The notes beneath the pieces were generated by a model that saw only the letters and a list, made by a program, of their open reading frames with translations, made no database searches and was not told the origin of the DNA. 64,000 nucleotides of DNA. It comes from Mytilus edulis. Lineage: Eukaryota. Location of the stretch: the NCBI RefSeq assembly GCF_963676685.1, contig NC_092346.1:82150001-82214000 (forward strand), in the 5' to 3' direction. This document shows positions 54,828 through 64,000 of the stretch, one piece after another (the stretch's first letter is position 1; the number at the start of each line of letters is the position of its first letter). The position numbers were made by a program, and so were the translations under genes.

Positions 54828-56817
54828 CAGCATTAGTGGTTCCAGTTTCTTGATTGATAGGAAATTTTGATGTCATTGATGAAGGGGTTGTAGATGGTTG
54901 TGGTTCGTTGTCAGGATAACTATGACAATTAGGAAATCCCGTGGGTGGTGATGGGTGATGAGGAAACGATTCATTAATAAGCATGGCCATTCCATCATTC
55001 GCATGAAGTTCAATGTGACAATGTAAGAACCAAACGCCAGGATTATCTGCTTTAATACGGGTTATAACATAACCTCCACTTGGAACAATAATTGTATCCT
55101 TCCTTACTGGTTTTAGTAATTCCAATCCTGGCACATTTCCGTTAGCCCATGCTGGATTACTCCATGTAGCATTGTTGCACCAACTATTGGCACGATCAGT
55201 TCCTCCTCTACAATCGATGTCAGAATTTCCTTCTAGTTTTAATCCTGTTCTGTTATTATGGTTGGCATATCCCATTTTAAGGACATAGAACGTATGCCCG
55301 TGCATATGAACTGGATGCGCCCATCCTGTTCCTTGTCCCATATTTAGAAAAATCATTTGGACTGTATCACCATGGTTAATAGATAAAGAATGCGTACAAA
55401 AACAATGTTTCTGTTCGCCACAATCTGCTTCCTCACAAGGAAAGTTGGCATAATCAGGATCAGCCAAAACATTTTTTGTTGGAAATACGAACCTTCGTCC
55501 ATTGATAGTACTTGGAAAAGACTTAATTCCGGGAAAAGCAAAGTTTAAGAAATATTCCTTGAATTTTCCTTGATGAACAGGTGGAGCAGGGTCAGTATCA
55601 GATTTTAGTTTCAAACCATCAATAGGTAAACAATCGGTAAAATATTCTTCTGGGTAATATGGAAAGAAACAATTTATAACAACACATCGGTCGTCAGCTG
55701 TACACTGCCGAGGAACAGACGTTGGTTGTACATTTTGATTGGCGCCATGATAATGAAGTATAGCTTCCGCTGTCGTGTTGCGGTTTATTTCGAGAGTTTT
55801 GGCTCTAATGTAATAATTATCCACGGTTTGGTTTGCGGTAATGACGAAATCGTATCGTTCTCCGGCATTTATTATAAATGCATCTGCTATCTGTGGTTCA
55901 ATATCAAACCCGTCGGTGGCTATTATTGTTAACGGGTGGTTATCTACAGAAATAGACCAAGGAAATAACTGTCCTGCTGCTATCACCCGGAACCGGTACT
56001 GTTGGCCTTGTTCTACAGTGAACACCTCAAGTGGAGCCTCATTATGACTATTTTCATCAGTATAATATCTTCCGCGTCCATTAATAAGACCACTTTGCGC
56101 TTTTATATTACTAAAAAATTGCCCGTCAAGTGACTGAGAGCTTTGGAATTTTTTTCTGTTTTCATAAAATCCAAATACCATTTTTGCATCTTCCAAATCT
56201 GCGTCAAAGTCATGATTCCATTCCTGTATAGTCATTATATGTTCCTTCATTTCCAAACTTGTTCTCTCACGGACAATCAATGCGCCAATCAATCCCTTTG
56301 CTCTTTGAGCCCCAACATGAGAATGATACCAGTAAGTTCCTTTAAGTGATGCAACAAATCTGTAGACAAACGTTTGGCCAGGCGATATTGGGCACTGTGT
56401 TAAAAAGGGTACTCCGTCCATATACGGACTTCCCTTTTGAGTGATTCCATGCCAATGAATTGTAACCTCTTCCGATTTAAGGTGATTTGTTACGTGAACA
56501 ATGATTGTCTGGTTTTCGTATACAATAATAGGCGGACCCGGTAATGTACCATTCGCCACAACAACCAAACGAGAATCCTCCCATCCATCTGCTGTTATAA
56601 CATCATTTATAGGTATAGAGTTTGATTCATTTATATTAGTCACGTCATATTTATACAGCCTCCCTTCTGCTGAGTATACAGCGACTTTTTTATGCATCAT
56701 TGTCAAACGATGAGATATCAATAAAGATGTTTCACATGTTTCAGCTGACTTTTCACATTCATAGCTGATAGCACCATGAATTAAAAAGACTGCACAAATG
56801 GAGACAGACCTCAACAT
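54828..56817 (-). CDS. Laccase-like multicopper oxidase, main coding exon (signal peptide, three cupredoxin domains, S/T/P-rich stalk)
   Basis: ORF 54790..56868 contains HWHG, WYHSH, HPVHMHGH and HCHIELHANDGM. Acceptor ttgtatttttcag precedes 56827. ATG at 56817 starts a signal-peptide-like MLRSVSICAVFLIHGAIS. Donor CTG|gtaagt follows 54828 (phase 1). Confidence 0.95.
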
Positions 56818-57892
56818 TGCAGAATATCTGAAAAATACAAAGATAAGGTTAACACATATCACATCCATACAATGTGAGCTAGTTGTAAAAACAGTGCACT
56901 CAGAGAAGGCAACTGCACACCAAATTACTGAGCATCTGAGATCAACTCAAAATGTTTCATGTGGGCTTATTTTTCTACTAATTGGGATTGATTTCTGTTT
57001 TTCAACTTTTTATGTATTTAGCCATTTCGTTTTTGTTTCAGCATGGCTTTATATTTCCTCGTACAATCTATTGATATTCTGATTGTCATTTTGGTTCTGC
57101 ACGTTGGAAATAAATAAATAGTCCTCCCCTAATCGTTCGAACTAGATAAAAGTCCTCCTCTAATAATTTGAATGTCGAAAAATATTGATAAAATTTACAT
57201 TAATCAACAAATGAGCTAAGCGTATGAGTAAAACATCAGTGTTGTTTTAGACACAATTTTGCAAAAAAACTATAATTTGATAACTTCTTTTTGATACATA
57301 TTAACAACGGTCTTGCCAACACTAGCTGCTGTATCACATCAGGCCGGGCAGGAAAACAAAGATGTATTCCAGTATTTCGTTGTAACCCATGTAGTAGTTA
57401 AACTCTACATATTTGAATAAATGTTTATCCCCGACACATTTTATATTTGCTTGTCTCCAGTCAGGAGCCTGTTTTAATGGTTGGCGTTTGTTACTGTATT
57501 GTATATTTGTTTTTCGTTTGTTACTGTATATCATATTTGTTTTTCGTTTGTTGCTGTATATAATACTTATTTTTCGTTTGTTTTTTTTGTACAAAAATCA
57601 GGCCATTATTTTCTTCTCGTTTGAATTGTTATTGTTTGAATTACATTTTGAGATCTTAAGGGCTTGCTATGCGATATGGATTTTGATCATTGTTGAAGGC
57701 CTTACGGTGATCTTTAGCTGCTAACATCTAAGTCAATTTGGTGCCTGGTGCATAGTTGTCTCATTGTCAAACATACCACATCTTCTTATTTTATCTTTTA
57801 AATGTCTTAAGAGTCACTATCGACTTGTTCCCTCACATTAATAGGCGACTGTTACTTTTGTTTAAATGTTTATATTTGATTATGTTTCATTA

Positions 57893-59002
57893 CATTTTTG
57901 TCATTTCAGAACATGTCTTTTTGTCATTTTATATCATGTTTTTTTGTCATTTTAGTTCATGTTTTTTTGTCATTTTAGATCATGTTGTTGTCATTTTAGA
58001 TCATGTATTTTTTGTCATTTTAGATCATGTTTTTTTGACATTTTAGGTCATGTTTTTTTTTGTCATTTTAGGTCATGTTTTTTTTTTGGACATTTTAGAT
58101 CATGTTTTTTTTTGTCATTTTAGATCATGTTTTTTTTTTTTGTCATTTAAGGTCAAGTTTTTTTTGTAATTTTAGATCATGTTTATTTTGGTATTTCTAG
58201 ATCAAGTTTTTTTTTTGTCATTTTAGATCATGTTTTTTTTTGTCATTTTAGATCATGTTTCATTTTAGGTCATTTTTTTTGGTCATTTTAGATCATGTTT
58301 TATGTCATTTTAGGTCATGTTTTCTGTATTTTTTGGTCATTTTAGACCATGTTTTTTTGTCATTTTTGATTGAGTTTTTTTTGTTATTTCAGGTCATGTT
58401 TTTTTTGTCATTTTAGACCATGTTTTTTTGTCATTTTAGATCTTGTTTTGTTTCTTCATTACAGGTCATGTTTTGTTTGTAATTTTAGATCATTTTTTTT
58501 GTCATGTTAGATCATGTATGTTTTGTCATTTTAGATCATGTTTTATTTTTGTCATTTTAGATCATGTTTTTTTTTGTCATTTAAGATCATGATTTTTGTA
58601 ATTTTAGAACATGTTTTTTTGTCAATTTAGGTCATGTTTGTTTTTGTCATTTTAGATCATTTTTATTTTTGGTCATTTTAGGTCATGTTTTTTTTTGTCA
58701 TTTTAGATCATGTTTTTTTGTCATTTTAGATCATGTTTTTTTGTCATTTTAGATCATGGTTTTTTTTGAAATTTTAGGTCATGGTTTTTTTTTGTCATTT
58801 TAGATGATGGTTTTTTTGTCATTTTATGTCATGTTTTTTTGTCATTTTAGATCATGTATTGTTTGTCATTTTAGATCATGTTTTTTTGTCATTTTATGTC
58901 ATGTTTGTTTTTGTCATTTTAGATCATGTTTTTTGTCATTTTAGATCATGTTTTTTGTCATTTTAGATCATGTTTTTTGTCATTTTAGATCATGTTTTTT
59001 TG
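57893..59002. repeat. ~22-bp T-rich minisatellite, about 50 copies
   Basis: gtcattttagatcatg followed by a variable-length poly(T). Confidence 0.95.
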
Positions 59003-60267
59003 GAGAGAAAAGCATTATTGACTATCTCGTGAAGGTCAGTTTTTGTCGGTGAAGGAAACTGGATTGCACAGACCTTCGACATGAAAACTGGCAATTCTTG
59101 TCAATTAAGATTCGACCAAACACACCTGTCATGTGCGGGGTTCATATCCGCAGTATTGACAGCCTAGTGATACAGTAGATACACTTTCTAGACCACTCGG
59201 AATACGAGGCCCCAATGAAACTTGATTGATTTTTATTGACGGCTAGTGCATATTCATGTTGAGAACAAATTTGAATGAAAACAAAAAAGCATTGTTGCAA
59301 AGCTTCTTAAAGGTGAAGAGAAAGTGCATTTGTACTTATCAAACTGTCTTCAAATCGAACGTCTTACTGTCAGATTTCCTAGATGACAAAATGCCTACAT
59401 CCCAGTCACATAATGGTTCAAAAGACCGGTGGTATTATATTTGCGTGTATTGTTTGTTTAACTGAAATACAGATAAACAGATACTTTTCCTGTTGGTAGT
59501 GACTATACTAGTAGACCCGAGTGCGGCAGTCATTTTGCAATTGGTCTAATGGTTGATATGATATTTCTGCTTTTGCAAGTGATTAAGGACATATTATTGA
59601 TGCAAGATAAACATAAAGGTTTCTATTCTGTTGTGTTGGTTTAATGGGTACATTTTCGTCATATTGAAAAGATTAGACGTTTATTAATTTGGTCATAGAT
59701 TTGTCTATCTTTTTTTTTTCATTTTCTTTCTCGTTGGTATCTTTTAAAAATTACGTAATTATCACGAAACTACAAATTCAAACTGAAAAATTAAACAGCA
59801 ATGCATGGTAATAAAAGTTCGCTATAAACAAATTGAATTGTCTGGCATAATCCTCGACTGAATCAGTTATTATGTTAATGTTTCCAATATGTCACCCGCA
59901 ATGACATTTCAAGGTTATGGAGGGAATGCGTCATTGTGATGAAAACGCCGTTAACTATGAGAGTTACGACTTTTATATATATGATAATACATTCCTTATC
60001 TAAAGATGATAACCCAATTAAGAAACTGTCTAATTTTTTATGAGGCACTTAACAAATACATGCATGCATTACACAGTCAACAGAAAAATATAACATATAT
60101 AAAGTCATTTATACATTCAAATGTCATTAAAATATCTGCAGCGTATCAAACTAATCATAGAAACCAGAATTGAAATTTTGTACGTCAGCCGCGTGTTTCG
60201 TCGACAAAAGACTCATCAGTCACGCATTTATACGGAGCCTCTTAAATGCCAAAGATGAAATTAAAAA

Positions 60268-60600
60268 TATTTGTGCGCGCGACTTAAAATCTTGTGCGCA
60301 CAACTTTTTGAAACTTGAGCGCACAACTTTTAGGAACTTGTGCGCACAACTTTTTGAAACTTGTGCGCATAACTTTTGTAAACTTGTGCGCACAACTTTT
60401 TGAAACTTGTGCGCACAACTTTTTTAAACTTGTGCGCACAACTTTAAATCTTGTCACGGCGCACAACTTTTAATCTTATGCGCACAGCTTTTTATCTTGT
60501 GCGCACAATTTTTAATCTTGTGCGCACAACTTTTAATCTTATGCGCACAACTTTTAATCTTGTGCGCACAACTTTTGTAAACTTGAACGTACGACTTTTT
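60268..60600. repeat. 21-23-bp tandem array of palindromic monomers
   Basis: Core ttgtgcgcacaa, a 12-bp palindrome, in about 14-15 variable units. Confidence 0.92.
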
Positions 60601-60818
60601 AAACTGTCCACAAAACTGTCAGTCATTTATATCTATAAACTTGCTTGCATTTACAAGTTAATCAAAAAAGGATGGGCCTGATTTTTACGTATATTATTTT
60701 GGGAATAAATCATAAGGATATACATATACTGCATTTTCTGGCATTGTAGCTTATTCTAATATTTAAGCTGTTAGCCGAAGCACCATATGAGCTATTGTCA
60801 TCAATAAGCGCCAGTCGT

Positions 60819-61448
60819 TAGAGCCGTGGTGTAGTGGTTATCGCATCGGAATACTAACACAAAGGTTCCTGGTTCGATCCCCGTTCCGGGGACAGAATTT
60901 TGGGCTCTCCCTAGACACCATTTGCGAGTATGGTCTTGAGAAACGATGATAGTCCATCGGAAGGGTACGATAAATGTCTGAACCGTGTTAAGAGAGAACA
61001 ATATTTCTTGCACGTAAAAGATACCCATGTAGATTTCGAAAAAATGCAGATCTCATAAACATGTTTAACCCCGCCGCAATTTCGCGCCTGTCCCAAGTCA
61101 GGAGCCTCTGGCCTTTGTTAGTCTTGTATGATTTTTAATTTTAGTTTCTTGTGTATAATTCGGAGTTTAGTATGACGTCCATTATCACTGTACTAGTATA
61201 CATATTTTTAGGGGCCAACTGAAGGACACCTACGGGTACGGGAATTCTCGCTACATTGAAGACCCATTGGTGGCCTTCGGCTGTTGTCTGCTCTATGGTC
61301 GGGTTATTGTCGCTTTGACACATTCCCTATTTCCTTTCTCAATTTATTAGGTTTAAGGCAGCAAACGCACCCACAAAATGTAAAGGAATTAATATAAGTT
61401 GTAATAACTTGTTTCCCAATCCACTATAAATAAATATGTTCAAACTAG
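60819..61448 (+). mobile_element. tRNA-derived SINE (Meta-domain-like) with 11-bp TSD, interrupted by another repeat
   Basis: A box tggtgtagtgg, B box ggttcgatccc, core motif gcacgtaaaagataccc. GCGCCAGTCGT is duplicated at 60808-60818 and 61449-61459. Confidence 0.7.
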
Positions 61449-64000
61449 GCGCCAGTCGTCCGCCCGTCCCCAATTCACATTTTAATTGTTTTCCTCTGAA
61501 ACCACTGGGCCAATTCGGACCAAACTTGGTCGGGATGATACTTGTTATATAGCAGGGGGTTCGTGGTTTTTTTTTTTGTCAAGTGGTGGTCAATAGGTCT
61601 GTGGAGTATAAGATCTTGATATTAACTGAAAGTTTAAAAAAAAACCGTAAGAACCAGCAGTAGTAAGGCAGTCATATTGTCCGATTCATCAGAAAGCATG
61701 ATGTTTCAAGTTTGTATTAATGAAGGTCCGGGTTCCAAGGGGTCCGAGCAACTGGGGTCCATAGTTTAACATTAGCTTTAATTTGAAATTTGTTTTAAAG
61801 TATTGTTCCTATGAACCAACAGTAGCAATGCAGTCATATTTTGCATGACACAACAAAAGGATAGAAGATTCAATTTTGAACAAATGCAAAATATTTCCAC
61901 ACGAACCAGCAATGATGAGGCAGTCATGTTTTGTATGAAGCATGAATAGGACATACATATTCAAATTTATATAAATTGATGCCTAGTAATCTTTGGGACC
62001 AGCATATATGAGTGAAAAGCTTAGAATATTCCTTAATGTACAAAAGCTTTAAAAAATATTCTTTAGAACCACCATTGATAATGCAGTCAAATCTTGAATG
62101 ACTAAAATTAAGAATGGAAAGGGGAATATCACCAAAGAGACAACAACCCGACCAAAGAACAAACAACAGCCGAAGGCCACTGATGGGTCTCAAATGCAGC
62201 GAGAAAATCCCGCACCCGGAGGTGGTCCTCAGCAGGCCCCTAAATAAAATTGTGTTCTTGTTCAGTGAAAATGGACGCCACACTAAACTCCAAAACATAT
62301 AAATGAACTAAAATTAAAAAAAACATACAAGACTAACAAAGGCTAGAGGCTACTGACTTGGGACAAACGCAAACATGCGGCGAGGTTAATCATGTTTTGT
62401 GATATCTCAATCCTCCCCCTATACCTCTAGCCAATGTAGAATCTTGAACGAAGTATACAAGTAGTATATGAATATATGTTATGAATAAATTATATCTTTT
62501 CTGAGCTGCAAGCAGTGTCCGAAGATTAAAATAAGCTCTTATTGGAAAAAAGCTATTAAAATCCTCTATTTCTCTAGAATCAGCAATGACATGGCAGTTA
62601 TATTTTGCGTTAAGCTTCACTGACAGTGTCATTTCTTTTACTTTTTCCTTTGATGTTGTAAAATATTAATTGAAACTGATTTAATCATTTTTTTTATAAT
62701 GATCAACAGCCTTCAACCTCGACCTGAAATATTAATGCCATCAATTACTTATCAATTATGGACTTCTGACGAGGTCAATTCGTTGTTATATGGACCTGTT
62801 CGAAGCTATATCGACAAAGAACGTAGCCCGAAGTTTATATTTTGGTTTAGCAGGTCCATATAACAACGTTTTTGTCGAGATAATCTTTTTTTAGTCCTTA
62901 ATTTTAATATTACATGTTATATCTGTAAGAACATGGAAATAATGGCGGCTTTTTGTTCAAGGTTATTGGTTTTTTTTTATATTGTTTAACATCTCACAGC
63001 GGTATACTATTGTTGCCTTTATTTGTTCACCCCTTATTTTATTGATTTTGTATTTACATTATATCATAGATCAAATTTATTAGTTCAGTGTATGTTCACT
63101 AGTGTTAATATATCTTTTGAATGAGTTCAGCCATTTCAATTGATATTTTATAGTGTGTCTTTCTATGTTGTGATGTAACACTATTGTTTCAGATAAGGGT
63201 GAAGGTTGGTACCTATTAAAACGTGTAAACCCGCAGCATTTTTTTTTTTTTTGACCTGTCCTAATTCAGGAATCTGATTTCAGTAGTTGTCGCTTGTTGA
63301 TGTGGTTCATAAGTGTTTCTCGTTTCTCGTTTTTATATAGATTAGACCGTTGGTTTTCCCGTTTGAATGGTTTTACAAAATTTACTCTAGTCATTTTTTG
63401 GGGCCCTTTAAAGCTTGCTGTTCGGTGTGAGCCAAGGCTCCGTGTTGAAGACCGTACTTTGATGGGTTTACTTTTACAAATTGTGACTTGAATGGAGAGT
63501 TGTCTCATTGGCACTAATACCACATCTTGTTATATCTATTGTTAAGAACTGAAATTTAGAAATCAATGCGTGCATTTATTTTTGCGATTCCTTGATAACT
63601 ATCCAACATTTGCGGTTAATATTTTAGTTGTGATTTCAGTAAATGTTATATGAAATAGTTACTGATAAAATCAAAATACGAGTTTTTATCAATGTGACGA
63701 ACATCTTGTTGCATTATTCGCATTAATAAAATCGTTGCAATAATTTCTAAATTTGCAGTACTTTATCAGTATTTGCGTCCTGAACTTCGAGCATTCATCG
63801 TTAATATTTGGTTTGCTTGTCCTTTGGTACTGTCAATTGATGTTAGAGTACTATTGGAGGAATTGAATACCAGTACATTTCGGTTAATTTCTTCTGTTTA
63901 TGTGTGTGTGTGCGTGCGTTTTTTTGTTTTGTTTTTACATGAAACCCTTGAACAAACTATTTTCACTCTTCCGCAAATAATTTGCGTCTGTACCAAGTCA

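Noticed and set aside
56818-56868. ORF-track N-terminus of the laccase (MDVICVNLIFVFFR...)
   Set aside because: It overlaps a polypyrimidine tract and AG acceptor; ATG 56817 gives a better signal peptide.
60820-60892. Functional tRNA gene
   Set aside because: The anticodon and acceptor stems pair poorly, and the sequence continues into a SINE body with a TSD.

Overview
AT-rich, repeat-dense eukaryotic DNA. The repeat families and gene types suggest a bivalve, probably Mytilus-like (inference, not verified). There is no prokaryotic content, CRISPR array, rRNA or convincing tRNA. Two spliced genes lie on the minus strand. (1) A laccase-type multicopper oxidase has all four Cu motifs in one 2-kb exon and splices in phase to a terminal exon encoding a transmembrane helix and tail (about 715 aa). 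(2) A divergent, apparently disrupted METTL24-like gene spans at least 2848-25134 and is mostly invisible in the ORF track. The rest is TE debris (MULE, Gypsy, Penelope-like, LINE, HERO/R2-like, SINE, MITEs) and tandem arrays. Three structures stand out: a ~7.9-kb two-tier palindrome (40582-48469), a ~3.2-kb 45-bp satellite with higher-order structure that arose inside the endonuclease-coding end of a HERO-like retrotransposon, and a 40-bp perfect palindrome inserted with a 7-bp target-site duplication. Family assignments come from motif recognition by eye; no database search was run, so novelty is unverified.
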